Source: Chrysemys picta bellii
Taxonomy: Eukaryota
Direction of reading: 5' to 3'
DNA length: 64,000 nucleotides
NCBI RefSeq assembly: GCF_011386835.1
Contig: NC_088805.1
Location: forward strand, 32,302,001-32,366,000
Position 1 is the first letter of the stretch; every line of letters starts with the position of its first letter. Shown one piece after another: positions 9,801-29,500 of this stretch. Made by a program: the position numbers and the translations under genes. Below the pieces are notes generated by a model, which was given only the letters and a program-made list of their open reading frames with translations, had not been told where the DNA came from and did no database searches.

Positions 9801-12800
9801 CTTCTCATCTTACCTCCTTCTGTAGTTTGGGGAAGATAAGCTGATCCAGAATATTATCCAATATCCAAACAGGAATAACATGCACCCAGCTGTCCAAGAA
9901 ATCTACCATTGGTCCACAGTTTCTCGGCTGCCACTGTGTTATGATGTTTCTGACATAGGGCATCCACATTTCCCACATGAGCCTGGAAAAATCAAAGTCA
10001 AGATTAAGCCACAGCCTACGTCTGGTAGAAGTGAATGTTAAACGTTTGGTTTGTCTTTTATAGAGGACTTCAAGGAATTAAAAAGGCTACTTAGTTTACT
10101 TTTGACAGCTGGATTTTAACAAACACTTCAGCTCATTAAAGGGCATCATCTGGAAAGTGCATTTCCACCCACTCTTCTCCATCCCCAACTGACCATCATT
10201 TGAGGGTGTTGCATACAAGTACCATTGGTTTATTGGTTACCTGTGAAAAGCATCCGTTGCTAGGTCCTGCCCACTGTGCGATAACAACTGATCATTTTCT
10301 AAAAGCCTTTTCCACTTGGCTATAATTTCTGTGCCGTACATACAGTCCTGAAAAGAAAAAATGAGCCAGGGCAGCGTTTACTTCTTTCATGGTTGCCCAT
10401 TAGCACGTAAAGCAGTGGGGTGGTGGTAATGTGCTGAGGGAGAGAGACCTGCCTCCCTTCTGACAAACAGCAAGCTGACAGGATGTGGCAGACAGTCTCC
10501 CACTAGGGTATAACCCTGGAGTGGATTTAATATAAACCAAAGATACCAGGGCAAGGAGAAATAACATTTTTAAAAGCTAAAGCTACATACTACAGATACG
10601 ATACTATATGTTTTATCTATCATGTGCTAAATGGCATAACTTGCTGGATAGCACACCCTCTAATTGCCAAGTAAGGCAGATTTCCCATGCAGTACAAGGA
10701 AAGGGACTTGTCTTGCCATTTACTGTTTCTTCTGAGCATTACCAGCCTCTGAAAATAAGGCCCCTTGATAACGGGTCTCCAAACATTGAGACTCCCACAA
10801 TCTCCAGTCACTTTAGAAAATCTTGGCCTTCAGCTTTAGTGAGTAATGTCAGCAGCCCTCCTTTTATTAGCCGGTTAAGAGTGCTCCCACATTTTGCATG
10901 CATACATTTACCACAGTAGACCATGAACAAACAATGATTTCCTATGGTCATTTAGTCAACTTTTCAATCAAAGCAAACTACAAAAATCTTTTCAGTCCTA
11001 ACTGATAAAATACTGAAGCCAAACCCAGTACTCACCTTGAGGGGATCCCAGTTCTTGAAGTAATCTTTCATGAGAGGAAACACGATAGCTACTGCCAGGT
11101 CCACTCTATCGGACATCCTGTATTCCTCATAATACTTATCTTGGAGGGTCTCAAAAATCTTTGCACATTCATCCAGGGTAAGTGGATTGTCACAGTTAGG
11201 CTGCATTCGCCTCTCGCATTCCTCCACCAATTCCAGGACCTTGCTGAGGTTGCTAATTGCTGTCTCCTCATGCGAGAGGACTTCAGACATCTTCTGTATC
11301 TCATGGGTCAGGTTGACAACCATGTCTCTCTCGTACTGTAGCTGCCGGTCATTCTGGATGATCTCCTGCTCTGTGATGTCGATGAGAAGTTGCAAGTTGT
11401 GCTCCAGTTCTGGCAAGCCAAATGCTTGGGGCTTGGAGTCTTTGCCCAGTGGCTGCTGAGGATTGTCATCTGGGATATTGTGCTTATGGCTGATTTGACT
11501 GTAACTGTAATAAACCCTTTGTTCCCGGCCAGTCATGTCTATAACCTTCCAATAAACAAAAACAAGTATGTCTAAACAGCCAGAGTTCATACTAATATTC
11601 AAAGGAAATCCATTACCCAGAATTGAGACTGGAAGCTATCCTGAAAAAAGAACAGGAGTACTTGTGGCACCTTAGAGACTAACAAATTTATTAGAGCATA
11701 AGCTTTCGTGGACTACAGCCCACTTCCAGCTATCCTGGTAATTCAGCAGCTTCCGGTTGTTATTAACATAACCAAGTTATGTGAGCGAGAAGACAAACTG
11801 AGAATGCAGCACTTTGGGTCTCTCTCAAAAGCAACTGCACTCCATGCAGTTATAGCCTTGCTAAGGATTTGGAGTCACAGGAAATTAGGACCTGGGGGCA
11901 GAAATAAGAGCAGAGAAAAGGTCTTTTCTATCTGCCTGTATCTGGAGAGAAAGGACTATGTTTTCCCCTTTACCATTTCACAAGACTGTAAATACAAGTC
12001 ACCTTATAACATAAGGAACTGCATGCTGCGTCTGGAGGAAAGTCTTAAGCAATTCTATTACCTCAAGAACTGGGATTTCAGACCAGGGCCGCCCGGGGGG
12101 TGGGGTGGGGTGGGGGAAATGGGGCAATTTGCCCTGGGCCCCGCAAGGGCCCCCACGAGAATATAGCATTCTATAGTATTGCAACTTTTTTTTTTATGGA
12201 AGGGGCCCCCGATATTGCTTTGCCCCAGGCCCCCTGAATCCTCTGGGCGGCCCTGTTTCAGACAAGCAGAAGTTCACTGGCTGCACCGAGGACAAGTCCA
12301 GTCACTGTCCCTCAAGGGGTTGAGAATTTGGTTCTCATTAGCCTGTCAATAACCAAAGCTTATGACTCGCCTCTGTTATGTTTGTCAATGATTCTTAAGT
12401 ACTCGCAGAACCAGCACTTTTGCTCAGAGGGGCAACAAGATCCTGCCACAAGCTCTGCAGATTTTCTGCTAAGTATCTTGTATGGATGATAATGAGGACG
12501 ATGCACCTTAGACAGATGCTAATCTCCCAGAGATTTAAACATATCATTGCTGTGGATATTGGTTTTACCTTAACTTGGGATAGTTCCTTTTGAGGAGTTG
12601 TGAGCTGCTTGCCAATCCTGCCTTTGGCCTTCAATTCTTCTACTGTCTTGTAGGCATATTTGGGTTTTTTCTTGCCTCCATTAGGATCCTTCCTCCACTG
12701 ACTGAGCTCTTTCTGAAATTCCTAAATAAAAAGCCAAAGTCAGACCAGAGATGCAGGTTGCTGGCCAGCCATGCAAGTCTGTCATAGGATTCTTTACACA

Positions 12801-15800
12801 AGAATATTTCGGCTCAGGTCCCTTAAAGAATGCAGTATAGAAAAACGATAGGCAAAGATTAAAGCTGAATGGCAGGTTACTGGCTGAGTCAAACATATTA
12901 CAGATTCAGTACATTTCTGGATCTTATTCCCAGGACAGAGGGAAAAAATACCTTCAAATGTTCCCATTAGCCCAGCCAAATAAACAGGCTTTCCAGTCCC
13001 GGAGCATTAGCAAGTGAGATTCCAGCAGCAAGGGCAAAGCCATTAGCATAAGTTTCTCTTTCAAGTGATAGGGGGAGAGAAAAACACAACACAACACAAC
13101 ACACACATCTAACTTCAGCTTCCTGCATGCCGCTGAGCTGAATGGCTTCCCCGACATGGGAGAATGCCCTAGTACTACAGCCGGATTTTACATCACATTG
13201 CGATGGGAGTCTTCAACACAGAGTGAGTCCTTAACCCTGTGAAACAGACAGACCAAGAGTCATACCTCTTCAGCTTCTTCCTCCGAGTCAACAACAGGGA
13301 AGTCCTGCAAGGACTGACTGGTTCGTTCAGAGCCATATGCTCCCAAAGCTCCTTTGCCTTTCCTTTGCTTGGCCTCAATCGGATTGATGATACCTGGGGA
13401 GTTTCAGAACAGTTAGTGAACGTCAGCTAGGATGGGGAGTCTAACCATTTGAACAGGAAAAGCTGTAAATAACTCTCTTTTTCCTATGGTGACCTATCAA
13501 ACTGGCACAGATCATCCAGTCTGGCATTCTGTCTTCAGCAGTGTCAGTGTTTTGCAGTTACACATTGTTATTGGTGGCCCTAAAATTTTCAGGCACTTTT
13601 AAAAACCTGCTGTAGCATGTTCCTCTGACCATTGATGCTAATGAATTCTATACACTGCACAAAATAGCATTCCCTTTGATTGTTCCAAGTTGAATGCCTT
13701 TTAATTTAATCTCCCTCCTATTGTCTCCTCCTCATGCTCCATAATCAGAGATTGTGCAGTCTCCCACCACATGTCAATTTCATCTAATTACTGCTGTAAT
13801 TATTTAAAACTAATACAACTGGATTTGATCTTGAAGATCCAACTTGTCTGAAGGAGAGGTGGGCAAACAAGAACCAAGTTTGCAGTTTTCTTACAGAATC
13901 CCCATCTCAGGCCCACGCATTTGGGGAAAACACACAGTACCTTGAGCATTCTTTCCAAGCCCTCTACCAGGGACATAACCCATTTTCTGAAGAAGCTTCT
14001 GCCCTATTCCCTTGGTGTGTCTCTCCCAGCTGCCGAAGTCCATGAAAGATTTGGTCCCTCCTATAAATCCTTTCTGGCTGGGTTTGAAATTGCCACCCTG
14101 TTAAAAAGAAAAGAAACCAATACCAGATAAATGATATAATCACCAAGCTCTTCGCCATCGGTCTCAAGATGAGACCTCCCCTGAGGAGCCTCACCAGCCT
14201 GCAGAGAGCCCCCTAGGCCCACTGCTGGAGTTGGGGGTTTGTAGCCCCGTTCCCATTATGGGCTGATCTATAAGGCTCTATGGTGGGCAGAAATGCTATT
14301 TTGCATCTGAACAGTCGAAAAATGGATTTTGATTTTTAATCCATTTAATTGGTAATTTGCTTATGCTAGTCACATTTAGTACTGTGAAAAGAAATAATTT
14401 GAAAAAATATTTATCGTTGATGGGTAGAAGCAAAACCTAGACATTCATTTACTTCAACCTCATTCAACTCAAAATGAGTATCAATGAAGGGAAACGGCTT
14501 AAGAGGCCTGGGGAGGAGTGAAGCTCCCAAGAACATACGCAATCCATCAAAATACACAAAAAAAGCCAAGGGAAACTTCTCCCTCCACTGCAAACCAGTA
14601 TCACAAGTGGTTTTACTCAGCCACTGTTCTCCCTTCTCAGCTGCTGTATTACTGAACCAGTACCTGGACTGCACCGTGGCTGGCGCTCCGTAAATAACTT
14701 AAATAGGTCTGATACTTTTATGAATAACTCACTGTTTTTAACTTCTTTGGTACAAACTCTTTAGGGAATTCTTCCTGCTTAATGGGCTTCTCATCCTCAT
14801 CTGAGTCTTCTTCTATCACTTCCTCAGCTGCAGCTTTCCTTAGTCCCGCACTGATGAAATTAACGGGGGCTGAGTAGTCCCGAGAGCTGCATAAAAAAGG
14901 GATTTCACAGTCATGCTGTTGTAACACAGTACCACTGAATCAGAACTGGAAATGCACACACTCAGAAACACCTTGATGCAGTTTTTCCTGATTTCAAAAT
15001 AAACTCAGTGTTAAGAAATAGTAGTAAAAGCTGTTAAATTCAAACTTCTGATATTTCATTATGGAAAATGTTGGTTCTGAGTGTGTGCGCAAGGCTCTCT
15101 CTAATGAGTTGTAACCTAGCACACTGGTGATCCCCCTCACAAACCCCTTACTAACTGGGCAATAAGGAAACAAATCTTGGAACCAAACTATATATGAAGA
15201 ATTCAGTCTATTTGATAACACACTGAACTAAATAATAACCCCACCCCTCTCCACACAGATACCCTCCAAAGCCATTACAATCTCAAACTGGCCACAGTAG
15301 CAGAGTTTCATGGAGTGCTTCGCCTTCTGTATCAGGCTTTATACATCAAGTGACTGATTTACATTCATAGGAAAACTTGCAAAATCAAATATCCTATCGA
15401 ACTTATAAAGGAGTCCCCCAAATAGTTCTTTGCAGACTGACAGAGAAAAGAAGCATATTAAAAGTGAGAAATCTATTGGTACTGCACGAAGAAAGCAGTA
15501 TCTCATTTGGACTGTTACTTTAGCTTATCAGCTACGCTAACAAAGAGAAGATCGTCTGTTCACAGTCCTGCCGGAGTTTGCAGGGCACTGGTAACTGCCC
15601 GTACCGTTTGCCTCCAAAGCTGGGCCTCTCATCGTCCGAGTCGTGCTCAGCCCACACGCCATAGGTGGCCTCCTCCTTGGTCTGCCAGTGGCGCTGGCGG
15701 TTGGGGTTGAACTCGTTCTGCAGGTCCCAGTCCGTGATTTCAAATTTCTCCATCTCCACATCACCATCGTCATCTTTGCCGTAGAGATGGGACATGGACA

Positions 15801-15801
15801 T
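6501..15801 (-). CDS. TFIP11: Tuftelin-interacting protein 11 (G-patch spliceosome disassembly factor), 12 coding exons, 827 aa
   Basis: Exons (minus strand) 15801-15605, 14886-14733, 14097-13941, 13393-13266, 12721-12569, 11545-11036, 10347-10241, 9982-9814, 9600-9357, 8998-8856, 8499-8334 and 6856-6501 total 2484 nt in frame. G-patch [21 protein letters not shown]; C-terminus [12 protein letters not shown]. Confidence 0.97.
7835..8020 (+). mobile_element. CR1 LINE 3' fragment
   Basis: CR1 3' UTR ending ...TTCTTATGTT; homologous to the copies at 19198, 34473 and 41452. Confidence 0.8.
8334..8499 (-). CDS. TFIP11: TFIP11 coding exon 11
   Basis: ttgcag|[14 protein letters not shown]...RAVSSNV|gtaagt. 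Confidence 0.96.
8856..8998 (-). CDS. TFIP11: TFIP11 coding exon 10
   Basis: ccccag|...[13 protein letters not shown]...FPKWLQ|gtgtgt. Confidence 0.96.
9357..9600 (-). CDS. TFIP11: TFIP11 coding exon 9
   Basis: ttcaag|[16 protein letters not shown]...NIVPKL|gtgagg. Confidence 0.96.
9814..9982 (-). CDS. TFIP11: TFIP11 coding exon 8
   Basis: ttccag|...[12 protein letters not shown]...FPKLQKE|gtaaga. Confidence 0.95.
10241..10347 (-). CDS. TFIP11: TFIP11 coding exon 7
   Basis: tttcag|[13 protein letters not shown]...TDAFH|gtaacc. Confidence 0.95.
11036..11545 (-). CDS. TFIP11: TFIP11 coding exon 6
   Basis: tggaag|[13 protein letters not shown]...NWDPLK|gtgagt; 510 nt. Confidence 0.96.
11644..11727 (-). 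mobile_element. Penelope-like element terminal fragment (family A) with truncated hammerhead
   Basis: Matches the family A arm; 10-bp TSD AGCTATCCTG at 11634-11643 and 11728-11737. Confidence 0.85.
12084..12255. mobile_element. hAT MITE
   Basis: TIR CAGGGCCGCCC; perfect 8-bp TSD TTTCAGAC at 12076-12083 and 12256-12263. Confidence 0.9.
12569..12721 (-). CDS. TFIP11: TFIP11 coding exon 5
   Basis: atttag|[13 protein letters not shown]...ELSQVK|gtaaaa. Confidence 0.95.
13266..13393 (-). CDS. TFIP11: TFIP11 coding exon 4
   Basis: ccccag|...[14 protein letters not shown]...DSEEEAEE|gtatga. Confidence 0.95.
13941..14097 (-). CDS. TFIP11: TFIP11 coding exon 3 (G-patch)
   Basis: taacag|[10 protein letters not shown]...GRGLGKNAQ|gtactg. 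Confidence 0.96.
14733..14886 (-). CDS. TFIP11: TFIP11 coding exon 2
   Basis: atgcag|...[14 protein letters not shown]...PKKLKT|gtgagt. Confidence 0.96.
15605..15801 (-). CDS. TFIP11: TFIP11 coding exon 1
   Basis: Acceptor ctctcccag|gccatcATG (the exon starts at 15807); MSMSHLY...[18 protein letters not shown]...|gtacgg. Confidence 0.95.
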
Positions 15802-15884
15802 GATGGCCTGGGAGAGAGCAACACCCGGCAGAGTCAGCAACAGGGTGGGGGCCGGAGAGAGGTGGTAACATGGGGGTGGGCGGA

Positions 15885-16175
15885 CATGGCACAGCCGGGG
15901 CAAGGGCAAGGCGGTGACACCGGGGGGAGGGGGGAGAGAGAAAGAAGGACACAGCTGGGGCGAGGCGGTGACACGGGGGGGGGGGGAGGGGCACAGCCGG
16001 GGCGAGGCGCTGACACGGGGGGGGGGGGGGGCACAGCCGGGGCGAGGCGGTGACACTGGGGGGGGGGGGGCACAGCCGGGGCGAGGCTTTGACACGGCGG
16101 GGGCGGGCACGGCTCGAGGCGCTGACACCGGGGGGGGGACCGGCGGCGCGAGGCGGTGACACGGGGGGGGCAGGG
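15885..16175. repeat. About 40-bp GC-rich tandem repeat in TFIP11 intron 1
   Basis: Unit CACAGCCGGGGCGAGGCGGTGACAC(G)n, about 7 copies. Confidence 0.88.
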
Positions 16176-16179
16176 CGGG

Positions 16180-16930
16180 GCGCTAGTGACGCCCCGTTAC
16201 GAGCAGCGGTTGCGGGGGACAAGGGGCCCTCGCCGGGGGCAGCGCGAGAACACAACACTAGCGGGGGAAGGGGGCGCAAGGGGACCGCGTCTACCCCGGG
16301 TGCCGGCCGCTCACCGCGCGGGGAGGGCGGGCTCCGCCCGCGGTCACACGGGCCTCGGAAGATTCCGGTTCGGGGCCGCCGGCACTCGGCTCCGCTGCTC
16401 GAAAGCGGCCTGCGCTGCTGACCCGGAAACAGGAAGCTGTGGCCTTTACTTCTGGGGCCGCGCCGCGACTGCGCCTGCCCAAGCCACGCCCCTAACCATA
16501 GAGACATGAAGGCAGAGCGGCCGCCCCGCCGCCCGTCCTGGCCTCGCCTCTCGCTGGTGCTGGCTGACTGCTCGTGGGGCGGGGCCAGCCCGGCCCAGCC
16601 CCTGCCCTGCCCCCAGGGATCCAGGCTCCCCACCCCCCAGCAGGGTGGTGGTTTGGCCCCTTGGGCAGCCAGGGGGCACCTGGCCACTGCACGTGGTGTC
16701 GCACCCACAGGCCCGGGGTCCCACGGACACTGCGCCCCCGCGGGCCCCTGCCCCCCGGCCCCACAGGCCAGGTTCCCCTCGCAGGCGTCCGGCAGCCCCC
16801 CGCCAGGCCCATCCCCTCGGCGCATCCCCAGCCGGGCTCACAGGCCGGGGGCACCTCAGGAGAGCGAGCAGCAGCAGGGGGCTTGGCCCAGCACCCCTAG
16901 GACACATCGGACAACAGTCGCACCACAGGA
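16180..16930. promoter_or_regulatory. CpG-island promoter of TFIP11
   Basis: High GC and CpG content, GC boxes and ETS cores flanking the first exon. Confidence 0.75.
16315..16440 (-). other. TFIP11: TFIP11 non-coding first exon (5' end approximate)
   Basis: Donor CG|GTGAGC at 16314 inside a CpG island. ETS-like CCGGAAAC/CAGGAAG at about 16423-16437. The TSS is not determinable from sequence. Confidence 0.65.
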
Positions 16931-16949
16931 AATAAACCAGACTGAGCCA

Positions 16950-17427
16950 CGCCTGAAACAGAACGGCCTCATATATTAACTCTTCAATAGACTCTGTACG
17001 TTACGAGTGAAGGAATGATAGAAGGCAGGTCTCCGATTGTCACGTGTACAACAAAGGCTCTATGTGGTTATTACACTTATTTCTGGTTTCAAATGAGAGA
17101 ACAAAATTACAAGACCATTTTAATGCAACTTTAAAAAGTTCTCAAGTAACTGAATATAAAATCTCTTTCCAATGTACTTCGAAGAGTCAGTCAGAAAATT
17201 CATTTCCACAGATTTTTCTCTTTACCACAGCGTGTTCAGAAAAGGTAGACAACTGGTACTTGAAGTGTTAAATGTTTGACCTTTGCAAATAAATGCAAAT
17301 ACATTCCTGGTACAGCAGTCACATTTTGGCAATATTAGTAGCAAGCAATATGCTTGGATAACAGATTTCCACTTCTGCATTTGCAAATTCCTTCTCTGCT
17401 GGGCAATGAAAGGCCACTTGCAACATC
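16950..17427 (-). other. TPST2: Probable non-coding terminal exon (3' UTR) of TPST2
   Basis: Strong acceptor cctttccccccctgcag at 17428, downstream of the post-stop donor at 18664. AT-rich UTR-like sequence with ATTAAA (17119-17124) and AATATA (16972-16977) followed by a GU-rich tract. The 3' end is approximate. Confidence 0.6.
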
Positions 17428-17563
17428 CTGCAGGGGGGGAAAGGTATTTTAGTCAGAGGAATGAGCTATATACGAATACAGCAAATCTATGATCATTTGT
17501 ACCCAGGGCTCTTACAAATGACTTTGTGAGAGACCTACAAACTCTCAACCAGGAACCAAGACT

Positions 17564-17758
17564 GGTGCTACATCTCCACGGCAGAGCCTATTCCCCCAGT
17601 GTAGATGCACCGTATACAGACAGGAGGCGCGCCGCCATTATAGGAACTCCTCAAACTGCTGCTTTTGTTGTCAGCATAGCTCCGCTTCTGAGGGGGAGGG
17701 ATTCAAACCCCTAACTGACAGCACTATGCCACTGTATGCTGTAAGTGTAGACCAGGCC
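17564..17758. mobile_element. Degenerate Harbinger-like MITE
   Basis: Right TIR AGTGTAGACCAGGCC followed by TA; left TIR degenerate. Confidence 0.55.
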
Positions 17759-17871
17759 TAATAGACCCTCTGTTCCTGTTCAATGCTTTTGTTTCCTTTA
17801 TCACAATCATTATGATGTTCATTTGTGTCTCAAACTCAGAACAAGACATTTCCAATTCATTCTAAATGTCA

Positions 17872-18161
17872 GGCCATGTCTACATTAGCACTTATGTCAA
17901 CACTTTTGTCGCTCAGGAGGGTGAAAAAATACCCCACTAAGTAACAAATTTTGATGGCATAAGTGCTCATGTGCACAGTGCTATGTATGCGGGAGATGCT
18001 CTTCCCCCAGCATAAAACCAACTCAAGAAGCGGCGGTAGCTATTATGCCAACGGGAGAGCTCTCTCCCATCAGCATAACACGGCTACACGAGCGCTCATA
18101 CAGCGGCAAAGCTGTCTTGGTACAGCTGAGCCGCTGTCAACTTGTAAGTGTAGACGTGGCC
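17872..18161. mobile_element. Harbinger-like MITE
   Basis: GGCCATGTCTACA ... TGTAGACGTGGCC; flanks tca/tta. Confidence 0.75.
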
Positions 18162-18681
18162 TTAGATTTTACAAGTGCTCACAATTGTTTTTACAACACA
18201 GTGTAGGGATTAATGTGTAAAAACACAGACCTTAAGCTTTGTTTCAGAAGAAGAGGGGAAAGCGAGAACTACAGAGGTGTGGTTTGTTTTGTTTTGTTAA
18301 TTACAAAATAGTCTGTCTGACTTTTTGTTATTATTAATCCATGGAGGTCAATGGCACATCCTAGAGGGTTATCAGAGCTTCTCCTGCTGCAACACAGAAC
18401 TACTGCTCAGTTCAACTGGACATTTCCATGTTCTCAGCAATCCTACAGACTGGTGATGTCACGTTTTGAAATCCATCGGCAAAGTAACAGCATTATTCTG
18501 GCAAATTGGAGCAATTAACTGAACATGGAGTTGATAGGTCTCAGGAGCACTCCTAGAGCCGCTGAACTCTAAGCAACAGGCATTAGAAATGATGCCGGCA
18601 AAACCCCACCCCAGAGCAATGCAGACAGATCTGCAGGATTTCCAAGTAAGGCACAAGTACCTACCTGGAAATCATTAACTT

Positions 18682-26510
<7,829 letters not shown>

Positions 26511-29500
26511 TCTGTTCCTCTGCACATAGGCTGGGAGACCTTCAGCTTTCGGTTAGTGAGCAGCCAAGCCGGTGCGCATCTGCAAAGAAAACAGCACATG
26601 TTCAAAGAAGTCAGTGGCATACATCCGGTTACCCGGCCCGTCTCCTACTGAGCCACCTGGCACCAGGACAGCCTCAGCCTCCAATAAATCACACAAAGAC
26701 CTACTGATCACCTCAACTGGCCCTGGAGAGAACACGCCAAGCCATTTGTCTTGTCTGCTTGGAACTAACTCCAGCTTCCACCACAACTCCTGAGAGACCA
26801 TTCCAGGGTCTAATCAACCTCGTGATTTATCACCATCTTACTTCCTTCTATTAAATACGTGTTGCTTTGAAGCAAGGACTGCCATCAAAACAGAGAAGAA
26901 CTGAAGTAAAAACAGAATAGAAGCCTCCAAGCTCTGGGATTCCATGCGAGCAATTCTAGAAGAGTCGGAGTGCAGCAAAAGCACAAGCCTTGCTTTACAA
27001 GCTCAATGGCAGAGCTTTTGTATGTATGGCCAGGGGCATTTTGGCTTAGCCAGACTTTTCCCTCCTCATGAAGGCCAAGAAAACATCAACCTCCAAGGTG
27101 ACAGACTGATTTACTGCCCTCCATCCCAGATGCGTCCCCAGTCCTTTCTGGCAGTTTTCCTTTGTTGTATTACACGTATTCACTGAACTACACAACACAA
27201 CCCTTCTATCAGTTCCATAAACAAGACGTTTCCTGTATGCATTTGTTTACTTTGATTAGGAATTAGCTAGGACATGAGAAAACTCTACCCATTCGATTTC
27301 CAGGAGGTTGGTGGGCTTGCTTCAGCAGAAGCGATGGCCAATGAGCACCAAATTGGGTTAATTATTAAACAAACTATGTATGTGAAGGTTTAGTGTCAAT
27401 ACTAGCAACAAGCATTGCCAATCTGAATACTCCCCTGCCAGAAACTGACCTTACATAAAGTTTCCCCTTGAAACACTGAAGCTTTCATTTGGCTCTGCCG
27501 TGAAGACGCGACTTCTCCATAGGAGATTCCAGCAGGAGGATTGTTGCTCCTGCAAGTCTGTCTCCTGCTCTGCTGATTCCACAAAGCTCCTATTAAAACT
27601 GGCCAACCATCCCTCCCCCTTTCCCGGCCGAACCCACTAGTGCAGGGTTTGCAATCCCGCCCCGAGGTCACAGAGGGTGTTTGGGGTAAATTCCTTGCAA
27701 TGCCTGGATTTGGGAAGAAGTTGAACATGGGAAAGGGGAAGGGAACCGCTGTGCATTTTATTTCTCTGCCAATCCAAAACGCTGCCTAAGAAAAATATTT
27801 TCTGCTCAAAAATTTCTTAATGAAAGCAAGCATTTACCAGTGGCCCATGTAACCATGCAGAGCAGTCCATTCTCACACCCGGCAGGGCACTGGCCGTGTC
27901 CCGGGAGCTGAGTCAGGCGTGCTGCTTTTCTTGACATCATTATTTGTTCAGCACTGATCGTGCGTGGTACTGTACAAAGAGCAGCAGGTCTGGGCCCCGG
28001 GACTCTACAATCTAGTTACATGTCTCTGAAGTGATGAATTGGTCATTTGACTTTTTAATATATATTCATCTCAAAAAGCAATTTAAAATGCCCACTAGCC
28101 TCTGGGCTCCACAGCATTCATAGCTGGAATGGACAGAAATTCAGACTAACCGGACTGTAATGGGATGTAGTTCAAAAGTCTAAGCAGAGGTAAACAAATT
28201 TATTTTAAAGGGAGGATAGACGTTTGTACTAAATGGGGTAGGAGAATATGGTTTATGGTTAACATTTCCTCCCAGGATTCCCTGGCAGCCCCACTCGCTT
28301 GTCAAGGTCACTTAGAGGTGAGGACATGGCTCATCTGGGCATCTGAAATGAGTGCTGTGAATCTGACCACACAAACACGGGATTCCAGAACAACAGACCA
28401 GACGGAACGTGCCACACGTCAGAATCCTGAAGTGAAACCTGCTACATACGTTCTGGGCCCTCCACTGCCCAGGCAGCAGGGGGTGCTGGACAAAGTCGCT
28501 TTAAGGGACTGTGATCTCAAATGTTATTCAGCTCTGCTCCTGCCCATCCATGTGCTTGTTCAACTACTGCCAAGGCAGATGGTAACTATGCAGCATTTAC
28601 AGAGACTGTTTGGCCTCTCATTTTGCCTGCTAGCCACTTAAAAAGAAAAAAGAGCTCTTAAAATAGCGGGTCTATCAGCTTCAGGGTGACAGACATGCGG
28701 ACAGCCTGCTGTCTGGGCACATGACTAGGGAACAACAACCCTGATCTGATGCTGACTCCATCTGTGTCTGGAACATGTCACTTCTCTCTCGCCCTGCTTC
28801 CCCAACAGTAACAAGGGGAATACTTGCTGGGGGGGCAGCCAGGAGGTGGTTGCCAAGACCAGACTGCTACCCAAAGTACTACCTGTTATTAGATGGGGGT
28901 CACTAAAACCTCCCGAAACTCAGAGTTCCTAAACAAGCACAAGTGAGCCTACTCAATAAAGCGAGGTCAAAGGTGCAACTAAACTCAAGCTGCGTTCTGC
29001 AGTCTTCTGCTGCAGAAAGTCCTCAGCTACTGTCTTCTCCCCGGCTTCTTCCCTCCCACACAGGATCCAGAGACTTAATCACTGTATCCTCCAGGACATA
29101 CGTTCATCAACAGAAACCAAAAAGCTAAAGGCTTCACCAGACCACAACCAGCTCAACAGGACCCCCACACGTCTGGCTGGTGCTCTGACCCCTGGGACAC
29201 ATTGACGAAGATGGAGTACGAGCCAGAGAGCCAGAAACTCCATCTTCAACCAGACTGAGAATTTAGTGCTGGCTTTAAATGCAACATGCAGAGTAACAGC
29301 TGAGCTGTGGCCGATGTGGGAATAAGGATCAATACAAACCCAAAATAAAAAAAATCCCTGCAATTAAAAATCTTCCCCATTTTGCATTCTGATTAGGTAT
29401 TCATATCAGCAAGATTTGTAATTGTTTCTAGTGGCTTTGGAGAGTGGTAAAATATTAATAAAACAGAAGCGGCTGTGCAGACACAAACATGAAATATTCA

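Noticed and set aside
11546-11573. Alternative AG 26 nt upstream of the TFIP11 exon 6 acceptor
   Set aside because: It would cause a frameshift, and the pyrimidine tract lies between the two AGs, favouring the downstream site.
15532-16979. Many 80-350 aa ORFs across the TFIP11 CpG island
   Set aside because: Low-complexity products of GC-rich and repeated sequence. Only 15605-15801 is coding.
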